A stretch of 64,000 nucleotides of DNA from Spirochaetia bacterium (GTDB lineage: Bacteria; Spirochaetota; Spirochaetia; UBA9216): positions 384,001-448,000 of the forward strand of contig CAXXYH010000004.1 of NCBI GenBank assembly GCA_963677925.2, in the 5' to 3' direction. Both the position numbers and the translations under genes were made by a program. Positions within the stretch are counted from its first letter, which is position 1; every line of letters begins with the position of its first letter. This document shows positions 1 to 9,508 of this stretch, one piece after another. The notes beneath the pieces are model-generated. The model did no database searches and was not told the DNA's origin. It was given only the letters and a program-made list of their open reading frames with translations.

Positions 1-150
1 CTGGTATGTTTCTGTCATCGGTTAGTGTTCGATGTATGAACAATTATACCGCAATACAGATCGATTTCAATAGAATTCGGATTAATAATTGGCTGAATTT
101 ACACATATCTGTAAGAAATTGTTCGAATGCTGAACATAAATTTAGGAGTT

Positions 151-450
151 TTATACAGAATAAAAGATTTGCCCCATTCGATCGATATGGTCAATAAGTT
201 CTTTATTATCAATATGCTCCATTATTGAAATATCTATCTTATAAGGAAGCATCAGTTTTTCAAGCTCTTCATCGATCTGAAAGAGAATATCGGTAGAAAG
301 TCCATTTCCAATTAATGTAAGATCTATATCTGAGCCGTTATGAAATGTATCCTTAGATCGGGAGCCATAGATTAAAACTTTTTTTACTTGCGAGAATTGT
401 TTAAAAACACTCTGGATTTGAAGGATAGTATCTTCTTTCAAGCCAAACAT
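151..450 (-). CDS. Minimal nucleotidyltransferase (MNT), antitoxin of HEPN/MNT pair
   Basis: 99 aa with the GS-x10-DxD motif (YGSRSKDTFHNGSDIDL); adjacent to a HEPN gene. Confidence 0.88.
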   Translation of the reverse strand: MFGLKEDTILQIQSVFKQFSQVKKVLIYGSRSKDTFHNGSDIDLTLIGNGLSTDILFQIDEELEKLMLPYKIDISIMEHIDNKELIDHIDRMGQIFYSV

Positions 451-457
451 TTTTCTG

Positions 458-880
458 TCACTTTTCCTGTTCAGCCAGCTGACGCATCTTTATAGAAAAC
501 TTTTCGAATTCACCATAAAATTGCTGAACCACACTCTCAATAATGTCCTCAGCGGTTTTTTCATTATATGTATGCGAACTTTGATTCCTGCTTTGAATCA
601 TCTTCATCCATGAACCACCATCCTCGATAAGACCATAGCTGAAGGCTTCTCTCACCGCATCTTTAGAACCAAAAATCTGGTTATTACCTCGATATTTAAA
701 AAAATCCTTTATTGTATTCCATGCAAGTTCGTGAGTAAATTCAAAAGACTGAATAAGCCCCTGTTTTTCAAGATCACTTAAATCTCTTATTCGAGATAAT
801 TTTACCGCATTTTCGAGCTGTTTAAGAGCTTTAATATAACTGTTCAGACGCTGAATCCAGCGGATATCCTTATTATCCAT
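458..880 (-). CDS. HEPN-domain protein (HI0074-like nucleotidyltransferase substrate-binding family), putative RNase toxin
   Basis: IRWIQR N-terminus, GLIQSFEFTHELAW, Rx4HxY motif (RNQSSHTY). Start moved to ATG 880 to avoid overlap with the upstream gene. Confidence 0.88.
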   Translation of the reverse strand: MDNKDIRWIQRLNSYIKALKQLENAVKLSRIRDLSDLEKQGLIQSFEFTHELAWNTIKDFFKYRGNNQIFGSKDAVREAFSYGLIEDGGSWMKMIQSRNQSSHTYNEKTAEDIIESVVQQFYGEFEKFSIKMRQLAEQEK

Positions 881-891
881 TGATTTGAATA

Positions 892-1257
892 TTATAAAAC
901 AAATCTTTTCCATTCAAGCTGACAACCCTGAAAATTTAACAGATAACCCACTTTGCAGCCGGCGATGTGTAAATAATTGATTAACTGTGCTGAATGTGCC
1001 TCTGAAAACTGTTTAACCGACTTTAATTCAAGAATAACCTTGTTTTCAACGACAAGGTCTGCGAAATATTCACCTACAAGATTACCTTTGTATTCAACAT
1101 TAAACGGCACATTATACCCAACCGATAAGCCGGTTTCTTTTAGTTCATAAAACATAGCATTGTGATAGCATTGTTCCAATAATCCAGGACCCAAACTGCC
1201 GTGCACCCTAAAAGCACAACCAATAACCTTATAACTTAAATCTTTGTACAGAACCAT
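892..1257 (-). CDS. GxxExxY protein (PD-(D/E)XK nuclease-like)
   Basis: LGPGLLEQCY motif, ADLVVENKVILELK, QLINYL, GYLLNF. AGGAGG SD (1268-1263) lies 5 nt before ATG 1257. Confidence 0.9.
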   Translation of the reverse strand: MVLYKDLSYKVIGCAFRVHGSLGPGLLEQCYHNAMFYELKETGLSVGYNVPFNVEYKGNLVGEYFADLVVENKVILELKSVKQFSEAHSAQLINYLHIAGCKVGYLLNFQGCQLEWKRFVL

Positions 1258-1291
1258 ATCTGCCTCCTGCATTTTTATACAGAAGACACAG

Positions 1292-1366
1292 ATCCGCTTT
1301 ATAAATTGTCAAGGGACGTAAACGAAGTTTTCGTCTATGCCTGCCCTTTACAATTTATAAACGGAT
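1292..1366. repeat. Long imperfect inverted repeat (~75 bp hairpin)
   Basis: ATCCG(C)TTTATAAATTGT(C)AAGGG ... CCCTT(T)ACAATTTATAAACGGAT with inner stem GTAAACGAA/TTCGTCTAT. Confidence 0.85.
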
Positions 1367-1726
1367 AGTAAAATGAAGAATCTTCAGGAGGAGGATACCT
1401 ACTATTTCCTTAATCTCTGCCCGCCATTACCATATACAAATCAGTGTTCTCAGTGGCCAAAGAACCTTAAACTCTGAGTGCTGCTACAATAGACTATATT
1501 TACTTCAGCAGAATTCCGGAGTCTTCGATTTCTGATTTTAATAGCGAGTTTGTATTTTTGTTATATTGAACAATATCAAAAGAGTATTCTATTCCGCGTC
1601 TTTCGATATCAGCCAAAAATATAATCCTTTTTTTATTAAAGATTATTTTCCTGGTATCTGTCATAAGAAAACGCCCTTTCGGATTTAGTATAAAGTTATT
1701 GATTCTATCGGTCAAATCCTATTTAA

Positions 1727-2266
1727 CTAAAACACCACCATTCCGATTACTGCCCCGGCAAGAATATAAATCGGAGCCGGCAGCGGTTTGACTCTGTATG
1801 CAGCAAAGAGGACAGCAAAAAGTATTAACGCAGGGATATTCAGGCTGAACGCCGGGGTATCATTTAACAGGCTTTTACTGATCACATACCAGGATGCAGA
1901 AGCAATAAGCCCAATGGCTGCCGGGCGGATACCCCACAGCACATTTTTAACGATTTTGTTTGAAGCATAATTCTTCATAAAAGCAGCGATAAATATGATA
2001 ATTACCAGGGATGGAAGCACTATTCCTGCAGTTGCGGCAAGAGATCCCTGAACAGAGGCAAGTCTGAAGCCTGTATAGGTTGCCATATTGATTCCTATCG
2101 GTCCCGGCGTTGACTGGCTTACGGCTATCATATCAATAAACTCATTAGAACCAAGAAGACCGCCGTCAACAACTGCTGTTTTTAACAAAGGAAGACTTGC
2201 AAGCCCACCGCCTATAGTAAAAAAGCCGATACGGATGAACATCAGAAACAGGTGAAGTATACTCAC
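1727..2266 (-). CDS. Short-chain chromate ion transporter (CHR family) subunit
   Basis: GFFTIGGG and SQSTPGPIGIN motifs; hydrophobic; tandem with a paralog. Confidence 0.9.
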   Translation of the reverse strand: MSILHLFLMFIRIGFFTIGGGLASLPLLKTAVVDGGLLGSNEFIDMIAVSQSTPGPIGINMATYTGFRLASVQGSLAATAGIVLPSLVIIIFIAAFMKNYASNKIVKNVLWGIRPAAIGLIASASWYVISKSLLNDTPAFSLNIPALILFAVLFAAYRVKPLPAPIYILAGAVIGMVVF

Positions 2267-2808
2267 GCCTTTTTCCTTTCAACGGTGCTCTTTATAAGCC
2301 CGGCGAGCGCACCGGCTATTATCACCGGAACCGGAGAAACCTCGAAGACCGCAGCTGCAGCCAGTGCCGCAAGTGATAGAATTATTTCAACAGCCGATTT
2401 CCAGCCTTTTTTAGCTAGGCTTATCAGCGTATTCACCAGCAGAACCGAAACAGCCACTCTTATTCCCAGAAAAGCCTTCTGTACAAGGGCAATCTCCTGA
2501 AACCGCGGAAGAAAAACAGCAATAACCATAATTATTATCAAAGATGGTGTTACCATACCTATAGTAGAAATAACAGCTCCTGGTATTCCGCGCCTCTTGT
2601 AACCTACGAATGTTGCAGTATTAATCGCAATTATCCCTGGTGTAGCCTGACCGATTGCATAGTAATCAAGCAGCTCTTCATCAGTCAGCCATCCGCGTTT
2701 TTTTATCAGTTCATCCCTGAGCATTGGAAGCATTACATACCCGCCGCCGATAGAAAACAAGCCTATCCTGAAAAAAAGAAAGTACAGAAGAATCAGTTCG
2801 CTAAGCAT
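2263..2808 (-). CDS. Short-chain chromate ion transporter (CHR family) subunit
   Basis: GLFSIGGGY and GQATPGIIAIN motifs; 4-nt overlap with partner gene. Confidence 0.9.
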   Translation of the reverse strand: MLSELILLYFLFFRIGLFSIGGGYVMLPMLRDELIKKRGWLTDEELLDYYAIGQATPGIIAINTATFVGYKRRGIPGAVISTIGMVTPSLIIIMVIAVFLPRFQEIALVQKAFLGIRVAVSVLLVNTLISLAKKGWKSAVEIILSLAALAAAAVFEVSPVPVIIAGALAGLIKSTVERKKA

Positions 2809-2888
2809 GGACCCATATTACTTATTTTACAAAAGTTATAAAAGCCGGATTCTTGCATCTGCACAAGTAAATATATTATTATCAGTAA

Positions 2889-3863
2889 ATGAGCAAATTA
2901 CAGGTTTACGGAATAGGAAACGTCCTTATAGATGTTGTTGTACATGTTACAGATGAAGATCTGGCGAGCCTCGGGCTTGATAAAGGAATAATGAAACTCA
3001 CCGAAGGCGAGGAAAGAGATAAAATTGTGGAATTCATCCGAACAAAGAAGCCGGAATTTCACTGCGGAGGTTCAGCTCCCAACACAATAATTACACTGTC
3101 GCAGCTGGGTGTAAACGCTGCGCTTTCGGGTAAAATCGGTCCGGACGATCTCGGCGACCGTTATGAAAAGCAGCTTAAAGATCATAATGTTACCTCTTAC
3201 CTCAAACGCGGCGAAGGCAACACCGGCACAAGCATAATCCTTGTAAGCCCGGATTCCGAAAGGACGATGAACACCTCACTTGAGATTAACCGTGAATACG
3301 GTATTGATAACATACAGCCGGACGCCATTGCCAAGGCTGAATACCTTTACTTCACAGGATATATGTGGGATACGGAATCTCAGAAAAACGCCTTAACCAG
3401 GGCCATCGAAATAGCCAAAGAATCAGGAACAAAGATCGTCTTTGATGCTGCGGACCCCTTTGCAGTTAACCGAAGCGAGGGTGAGTTCTGCCGACTTGTA
3501 GAAAATCATTTTGACATAGTTTTTGCCAACGCAGAAGAGGCAAGACTGATGTTCGGTTCAGATGATGTAGTAAAATGCACTGAAATGCTTTCCGAATTAT
3601 GTGAAATAGCGGTTGTTAAAAACGGCTCCAAAGGCTCGGTTGTCCGTAGGGGCGCTGAATCCTATCAAATTCCTGTATACAAAACGAAGGCTGTTGACAC
3701 AACAGGGGCCGGAGACATTTACGCTGCAGGCTTTCTTTACGGACTGTGCACCGGCAAAAGCCTTGAGGAAAGCGGACATATCGCATCAAAACTTGCATCA
3801 GGCATAGTCGGGCAGGTCGGCGCCCAGTTTACAGCTGAAAGACTGAAGGCCATTAACATCTAA
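2889..3863 (+). CDS. PfkB/ribokinase-family kinase, adenosine-kinase-like
   Basis: GGSAPNT, ERTM, FANAEEA and DTTGAGD signatures. Confidence 0.85.
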   Translation: MSKLQVYGIGNVLIDVVVHVTDEDLASLGLDKGIMKLTEGEERDKIVEFIRTKKPEFHCGGSAPNTIITLSQLGVNAALSGKIGPDDLGDRYEKQLKDHNVTSYLKRGEGNTGTSIILVSPDSERTMNTSLEINREYGIDNIQPDAIAKAEYLYFTGYMWDTESQKNALTRAIEIAKESGTKIVFDAADPFAVNRSEGEFCRLVENHFDIVFANAEEARLMFGSDDVVKCTEMLSELCEIAVVKNGSKGSVVRRGAESYQIPVYKTKAVDTTGAGDIYAAGFLYGLCTGKSLEESGHIASKLASGIVGQVGAQFTAERLKAINI

Positions 3864-3881
3864 GAACTGCAGTTCTTAGAT
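3858..3881. repeat. Perfect 24-bp palindrome ATCTAAGAACTGCAGTTCTTAGAT
   Basis: Read directly; overlaps the kinase stop codon. Confidence 0.9.
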
Positions 3882-3911
3882 AAGTTCCAATTTGGAATTA
3901 TGATTATTCAG

Positions 3912-3952
3912 AAAAACCTCAAGAACCCCAATTTTGGGTTTTTGAGGTTTTT
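3912..3952. terminator. Bidirectional terminator-like hairpin between convergent genes
   Basis: AAAAACCTCAAGAACCC...GGGTTTTTGAGGTTTTT, with A/T runs at both ends. Confidence 0.7.
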
Positions 3953-3953
3953 A

Positions 3954-4463
3954 TTAATCTATCAGGTATCCTGTAAAACCGATTCCGTACCTGGTGTAGG
4001 ACTCATCTGCAAAGACATAGGCCGCCTCAAAATAAAAGCCGCCCAGTGAAAGGCACGCCCCAAGTTCAGGATTAAAATGATATACAGCACTCTCCGCTGT
4101 CGAGTGAAGCATCACTGCACCGCCGTAGGGTCTGAATGCAAGAATATTTCCCAGACTCATATCAGCATAGAGATGCATCGGTACATCAATCAGAGCATTT
4201 TCCCCATCACCAAAATCATAGGTCATGTAGAGAAAACCCAGTTCTCCCCCGGCCGAAAGAAACTTATTAACCCTGTAACCGGCGCCAAGCAGACCTCCGG
4301 CTCTAAGATAGAACAAGGATTCCAGAAACTGAAATGCTCCCTCAGTCTCAAAATCGTGTGCGTTGTAATAAATACCAGCGGAAATATCGACGGTCAGTCC
4401 ATCGGCCATTAAAAAGCTGCTGCATAATAGTAGAAGCAGCAACAGGAGAATTAACTTTTTCAC
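3954..4463 (-). CDS. Hypothetical exported protein, probable small outer-membrane beta-barrel
   Basis: MKK + poly-Leu signal peptide; alternating Gly/aromatic strands; GAGG SD before GTG. Confidence 0.6.
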   Translation of the reverse strand: MKKLILLLLLLLLCSSFLMADGLTVDISAGIYYNAHDFETEGAFQFLESLFYLRAGGLLGAGYRVNKFLSAGGELGFLYMTYDFGDGENALIDVPMHLYADMSLGNILAFRPYGGAVMLHSTAESAVYHFNPELGACLSLGGFYFEAAYVFADESYTRYGIGFTGYLID

Positions 4464-4517
4464 GTTAGACCTCTTTTAAATTATAACTTTTATATTTTGT
4501 TATGCAAATTATATCAT

Positions 4518-4544
4518 AAAAAAGCCGTCAGAAATCTGACGGCT
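4518..4544 (-). terminator. Intrinsic terminator of the gatCAB-aspS operon
   Basis: AGCCGTCAGA-AA-TCTGACGGCT stem followed by a U-run on the minus strand. Confidence 0.8.
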
Positions 4545-4567
4545 GAATAAATACTGAAATAATTTAT

Positions 4568-6343
4568 CTATTCTTCGCTGATCATTGAGATCTCAAGGCT
4601 GAGTTCCTCAAGCTGAGACTCTTCTACAGGACCCGGGGCATCAGACATCATACAGGTGGCCTTCTGTGTTTTCGGGAAGGCAATTACGTCCCTGATTGAA
4701 TCTGTGCCGATAAAAAGCATCATGATTCTGTCCAGGCCGAGGGCAAGTCCTGCATGGGGCGGAGCTCCGTACTGGAGGGCTTCAAGAAGGAAGCCGAACT
4801 TAAGCTTTGCATCTTCTTCCTCTATACCAAGCAGGCTGAATATCTTCTGCTGCATAACGTTGTCATGGATTCTGACAGACCCCCCGCCGATCTCGTTTCC
4901 GTTAAGAACAAGGTCGTAGGCATTGGTTTTAACTGCAAAAACATCGGTATCAAGCAGCTCTTCGTCTTCCGGTCTCGGTGCAGTGAAGGGATGATGCATT
5001 GAAGTAGGCCTGCCGTTGTCGTCCTTTTCAAAAAGCGGGAAGTCAACTACCCAGAGGAAGTTGAACTCGTTCTTGTCGATAAGACCTAGTTTTTCACCCA
5101 TTAGAAGTCTGAGTGCGGCAAGGCTCTGGCATACAACCTTTTCCTTATCTGCGACAAATATCAGTACGTCGCCTGTTTCAGCACCCATTCTTTCATAAAG
5201 AGCCTTGGACTCTTCCTCAGTAAAGAATTTAACAATCGGAGACTGAGGACCGTCTGCGTTCATCTTAATCCATGCAACACCCTTGCCCCTGTAAGGTTTG
5301 ATGTATGGAGTCATTTCATCAAGATCTTTTCTGCTGAGCTTGTCGGCAGCGCCCTTGAGGTTGATACAGCGCACGAGGCCGCCAGATGCTACAGCGTTCT
5401 TGAAAACGCCGAAGCCTGAGTCCGCAAAAACATCGGAACAGTCAACAATCTCAAGGCCGAAACGAAGGTCCGGCTTATCGTTACCGTATTTTCGCATTGA
5501 CTCATCATAGCTGAGTCTCGGGAAAGGAAGCGCTATATCCTTGTTAAAAATATCCTTCATCAGTTTTTTGAAAAGACCTTCAAGCATGCTGATGATATCG
5601 TCACGGTCTACGAATGACATTTCAAGGTCTACCTGGGTAAACTCGGGCTGCCTGTCGGCGCGGAGGTCCTCATCCCTGAAACACTTTGCTATCTGGAAGT
5701 ATCTGTCGAAGCCTGAAATCATCAGAGTCTGCTTGAAAAGCTGGGGACTCTGGGGCAGAGCGTAGAACATTCCCGGGTTTACACGGCTTGGAACAAGATA
5801 GTCTCGTGCGCCTTCGGGTGTTGATTTCTGAAGAATAGGAGTTTCAACCTCAACAAAATCATTATCAAGAAAGTAGTTCCGAATCATTCCGGTTACCTTG
5901 CTTCTAAAGATCATGTTGTTCTGAAGCTGCTTACCGCGGAGATCGAGGTATCTGTGAACAAGTCTGGTTTCTGCATTTACGCTTTCAGAATGCTGTACAT
6001 CGAAGGGCGGAGTCTTTGATTTATTGAGAAGCTCAAAACTCTTTACGTAAACTTCAATATCACCGGTATCAAGGTTGGCATTTGCCATTCCTTCCGGTCT
6101 TGCCCTTACTTCACCCTCAACAGCAACTACAAACTGGCTTCTGAGTGTATGAGCCATGGCATGTGCTTCCGGGGCAACCTGCGGATCAAAGACAATCTGG
6201 GTAAGACCCCATCTGTCGTGGAGGTCGATAAAGGCAACGCCTCCGTGATCGCGGTAGTTTTCAACCCATCCGTTAAGAACGATGCTTTTGCCTGCATCTT
6301 CCTTTCTGAGCTGTCCGCAGTTATGTGTTCTCTTCAGTTTCAT
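4568..6343 (-). CDS. aspS: Aspartate--tRNA(Asp/Asn) ligase, probably non-discriminating
   Basis: RTHNCG, STPEGARDY, FRDEDLRADRQPEFTQ, GLDR; RDHGG and RPEG residues; in an operon with gatCAB. Confidence 0.97.
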   Translation of the reverse strand: MKLKRTHNCGQLRKEDAGKSIVLNGWVENYRDHGGVAFIDLHDRWGLTQIVFDPQVAPEAHAMAHTLRSQFVVAVEGEVRARPEGMANANLDTGDIEVYVKSFELLNKSKTPPFDVQHSESVNAETRLVHRYLDLRGKQLQNNMIFRSKVTGMIRNYFLDNDFVEVETPILQKSTPEGARDYLVPSRVNPGMFYALPQSPQLFKQTLMISGFDRYFQIAKCFRDEDLRADRQPEFTQVDLEMSFVDRDDIISMLEGLFKKLMKDIFNKDIALPFPRLSYDESMRKYGNDKPDLRFGLEIVDCSDVFADSGFGVFKNAVASGGLVRCINLKGAADKLSRKDLDEMTPYIKPYRGKGVAWIKMNADGPQSPIVKFFTEEESKALYERMGAETGDVLIFVADKEKVVCQSLAALRLLMGEKLGLIDKNEFNFLWVVDFPLFEKDDNGRPTSMHHPFTAPRPEDEELLDTDVFAVKTNAYDLVLNGNEIGGGSVRIHDNVMQQKIFSLLGIEEEDAKLKFGFLLEALQYGAPPHAGLALGLDRIMMLFIGTDSIRDVIAFPKTQKATCMMSDAPGPVEESQLEELSLEISMISEE

Positions 6344-7785
6344 TATTTATCCTCTATAAGTTTGCTAATTATACTCTGTACGGATTGCGGATTGGCTGTT
6401 CCCTTGGTCGCAGCCATAACCTTTCCGACGATAAATCCCCTGGGTTTCTGATCACCGGCTTTAAGCTGGTCTTCAACTTTGGGGTTCTCATCAAGAACTT
6501 TCTTAACAATATCTTCAAGTGCACCGTCATCGGCACTCTGATCCCAGCCTTTTTCTTTTATTATGGTTTGTGGATCCTTATCTTCATCAAAAATTGCCTG
6601 CAGTGTTTGAGCGGCTATTTTACCATGAATTTTATTATCATCAAGCATTTTCAAAAGCGATGTAAAACGCCCGACAGTCAATGCTGAAGCCTCTGTTCCA
6701 AGGTCGGCCTTCGACATTCCCTTGCTGTTAAGTTCCTTTGCCACGTTGCCCATTATCCACTTTGCGGCGGTTGAGGTATCAGCCCCGGCAGCAGCGACCT
6801 GTTCAAAATATTCTGCACAGGTTTTCTCCTCACAGAGGTAATCCGCCTGATCTTCGGTAAGGCCGAAATCCTTTACAAAGCGCTGTTTGCGGGCAAGAGG
6901 AAGCTCTGTCAGTGAATCTTCAATCATAGCGAAAAAGGCTTCATCCGGTCTGAAAGGCGGAAGATCCGGCTCAGGGAAGTAACGGTAGTCGTGGGCCTGT
7001 TCCTTGCTTCTCATACTTTCGGTGACTGAACGCTTTTCGTCCCAGAGACGGGTTTCCTGAACGATGGTTCCGCCGCCGTTTATAACCTTTTCCTGCCGCT
7101 TTCGTTCGTACATCAGGGCCTTGTTAACAAAGCTTGATGAGTTGAGGTTCTTTATTTCAACCTTTCTTCCAAGCCCCTTTCCCGGAAGGTTGATTGAGAT
7201 GTTAGCATCGCAGCGCATCGATCCTTCTTCCATGTTTCCGTCACAGACACCTAGATGTCTTACAGTCCGTCTGAAAGCCTGGAGAAAGTCTTCGGCTTCA
7301 TCGCCTGTTTTAAACTCAGGCTCGGTAACGATTTCAAGAAGACAGGTACCTGCACGGTTATAGTCGCAGTAGGACTTGCCGCCCTCATGAATCATCTTTC
7401 CCGCATCTTCTTCAAGGTGGATCTCGTGAAAGTTTATCTTCTTAATTTCTCCGCCCGATTCGTATTCAAAGTATCCCTTCTGACCAAAGGGATTGGTAAA
7501 CTGGGAAATCTGATAGTTCTTGGTCAAATCCGGATAAAAGTAGTTCTTTCTTTCAAAAACACCGTTTGTTGCCAGTTCACAGTTCATTGCCCGGCAGACT
7601 ATGTATGAGAGCTTTACAGCTTCTTCATTAAGCGCCGGCAGAACACCCGGATAGCCGAGGCAGACCGGACATACGTTGCTGTTAGGTTCGTCGCCGAATT
7701 TGGATTTACATCCGCAGAAAATCTTGGTCTCTGTCAGAAGCTGGATATGTATTTCAAGTCCTATAAACGTTTCGTATACTGACAT
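6343..7785 (-). CDS. gatB: Asp/Glu-tRNA amidotransferase subunit B
   Basis: IGLEIHIQL, RKNYFYPD, HLEEDAGK, YRYFPEPDLPP. Confidence 0.97.
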   Translation of the reverse strand: MSVYETFIGLEIHIQLLTETKIFCGCKSKFGDEPNSNVCPVCLGYPGVLPALNEEAVKLSYIVCRAMNCELATNGVFERKNYFYPDLTKNYQISQFTNPFGQKGYFEYESGGEIKKINFHEIHLEEDAGKMIHEGGKSYCDYNRAGTCLLEIVTEPEFKTGDEAEDFLQAFRRTVRHLGVCDGNMEEGSMRCDANISINLPGKGLGRKVEIKNLNSSSFVNKALMYERKRQEKVINGGGTIVQETRLWDEKRSVTESMRSKEQAHDYRYFPEPDLPPFRPDEAFFAMIEDSLTELPLARKQRFVKDFGLTEDQADYLCEEKTCAEYFEQVAAAGADTSTAAKWIMGNVAKELNSKGMSKADLGTEASALTVGRFTSLLKMLDDNKIHGKIAAQTLQAIFDEDKDPQTIIKEKGWDQSADDGALEDIVKKVLDENPKVEDQLKAGDQKPRGFIVGKVMAATKGTANPQSVQSIISKLIEDK

Positions 7786-9137
7786 CAGAGGGCCTCCATC
7801 TTTGCAGGACAGCTTGCCGGAGGAAGCACTTCTGCGAGTTTTTCAGCAGCTTTAAAGATTCTTTCCTCGGAAAAAACAGGCCCCATAAGCTGCATGCCGA
7901 CGGGAAGTCCGTTCTCAACAGATACCGGAACGCTCATAGCCGGGATTCCGGCAAGGTTCGCGGCAACGGTGAACTTGTCGGCAAGCTTCTGCTGAAACTG
8001 GTCAAGGCTCTGATCACCGTGTTTGAAGGCGGCAGTCGGGAAGGCAGGCATCATGACAAGGTCCGCACTATTAAAAACTTCGTCAAACTCGTTTCTGATT
8101 GCAGTTCGAATCTTCTGAGCCTTCGTATAGTACTGATCCTGGAACCCGGAACGCAGAACGTAGGTTCCCATCAGGATTCTAAGCTTAACCTCATCACCGA
8201 AGCCATCATCCCGGGATTTCCGTACAAGGTCTTCAAATGCCTCTACATCGTCGCTTCGGTGACCGTAGCGCACACCGTTGTAGCGTGCGAGGTTGGCGCT
8301 GGCTTCTCCCATTGCTATCGTATAGTAGGCGGCAATTCCGTAGTCGAGCATCGGAAGGCTTACCTTATTTATCGTGTAGCCTATCTTCTCGAAGGCTTCA
8401 ACAGCCTTTTTATATGCCGCTTCAACCTCAGGCTTAAGACCAAGATCCCCGTCGAGAACAGCTATGGTCTTTGATTCATCGGAGGCTGGAACATGGTCAA
8501 CAGAGGTTTGATCCATGGTATCCTTGGCCTTGATTATGTTGAAAACCGTTCTTGCGGTTTCAACGCTGTCCGCAAGTACTCCCACAACTTCCAGTGATGA
8601 GGCATAGGCAACAAGGCCGAAGCGGGAAACAACACCGTAAGTGGGTTTTAGTCCGTATACGCCGCAGAAAGAAGCGGGCTGGCGTATTGATCCGCCTGTA
8701 TCTGAACCAAGCGCAAAGGGAACAAGTCCCGCAGCAACAGCAGCAGCCGAACCGCCGCTTGAACCGCCGCAGACGCATTCGGTGTTCCAGGGGTTGTTTG
8801 ATACGGCAAGTGCCGAATTATCAGTTGAGGATCCCATCCCGAACTCGTCGAGATTAGCCTTTCCCGCTACAACCGCACCTGCATCTTTGAGCTTTTTTAT
8901 TGCTGTTGCATCATAGGGAGAAACAAAATCCTTAAGCATCTTTGATCCGCATGTGAGATGCAGGCCTTCAACGGCAATATTGTCCTTAACGCCGAAAGGA
9001 ACTCCATCCAGGACTCCGCCGGTTTTTCTGGAAGAAAAAGATTCTTCCCTTTCCTCGAACTCCAGAAAACTGGAGAACGGTTTATCATGTTCTTTAACGC
9101 CGGAAATATAGTCTTTCCAGTTTTTTACTGTAGTCAT
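7785..9137 (-). CDS. gatA: Asp/Glu-tRNA amidotransferase subunit A
   Basis: Amidase signature GGSSGGSAAAVA, GSDTGGSIRQPA; short N-terminus. Confidence 0.96.
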   Translation of the reverse strand: MTTVKNWKDYISGVKEHDKPFSSFLEFEEREESFSSRKTGGVLDGVPFGVKDNIAVEGLHLTCGSKMLKDFVSPYDATAIKKLKDAGAVVAGKANLDEFGMGSSTDNSALAVSNNPWNTECVCGGSSGGSAAAVAAGLVPFALGSDTGGSIRQPASFCGVYGLKPTYGVVSRFGLVAYASSLEVVGVLADSVETARTVFNIIKAKDTMDQTSVDHVPASDESKTIAVLDGDLGLKPEVEAAYKKAVEAFEKIGYTINKVSLPMLDYGIAAYYTIAMGEASANLARYNGVRYGHRSDDVEAFEDLVRKSRDDGFGDEVKLRILMGTYVLRSGFQDQYYTKAQKIRTAIRNEFDEVFNSADLVMMPAFPTAAFKHGDQSLDQFQQKLADKFTVAANLAGIPAMSVPVSVENGLPVGMQLMGPVFSEERIFKAAEKLAEVLPPASCPAKMEAL

Positions 9138-9173
9138 ATTATCAACCTTTGTAATATCGGTGGATTATGTAAA

Positions 9174-9452
9174 TTAAAGTACGTTGGGTATAACGATAAA
9201 ATTATTTTCGTGCTCGGGGGCACGGTTAACAAGATCAACGGGATTATAATTATTTACTGCGTTATCATTGCGGAGAGCATTTTCTCTTACGAGTGCGTGA
9301 GTGGTCGGAGGAAGGTCATTGACATCGACTTTGTTCATCAGAGAGAAGTATTCAATCATCTCTGAGACCGCGGTTCGAAGCCGGGTTTCTTCCTCTGCAG
9401 TCAGTTCAAGCTGAGCCTGTTCAGCAGTTATAATTAATTCGTCCTTTTCCAT
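9174..9452 (-). CDS. gatC: Asp/Glu-tRNA amidotransferase subunit C
   Basis: Size, position and C-terminal APEHENNFIVIPNVL. Start likely ATG 9452 (ORF track gives 9470). Confidence 0.88.
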   Translation of the reverse strand: MEKDELIITAEQAQLELTAEEETRLRTAVSEMIEYFSLMNKVDVNDLPPTTHALVRENALRNDNAVNNYNPVDLVNRAPEHENNFIVIPNVL

Positions 9453-9460
9453 AACTAATG

Positions 9461-9492
9461 AATTTGACATAATGGGTTGTCAGTGTCAATAT
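9461..9492. promoter_or_regulatory. Overlapping divergent sigma70-like promoters (gatC and BASS transporter)
   Basis: Plus strand: TTGACA 9464-9469, N17, CAATAT. Minus strand: TTGACA 9489-9484, N17, CAAATT. Confidence 0.55.
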
Positions 9493-9508
9493 AGCGCGAG
9501 GTGATCTA

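Noticed and set aside
6-197. 63-aa plus-strand ORF at the window edge
   Set aside because: Overlaps the MNT gene antisense and has no motif. The region more likely holds a leftward promoter (TTGAAA-N16-TATAAT, 70-43).
1292-1366. Integron attC interpretation of the hairpin
   Set aside because: No RYYYAAC/GTTRRRY ends and no integrase in the window.
1500-1715. 71-aa ORF downstream of the chromate transporter
   Set aside because: TTG start, AT-rich, no recognisable motif; cannot be supported, though a small gene is not excluded.
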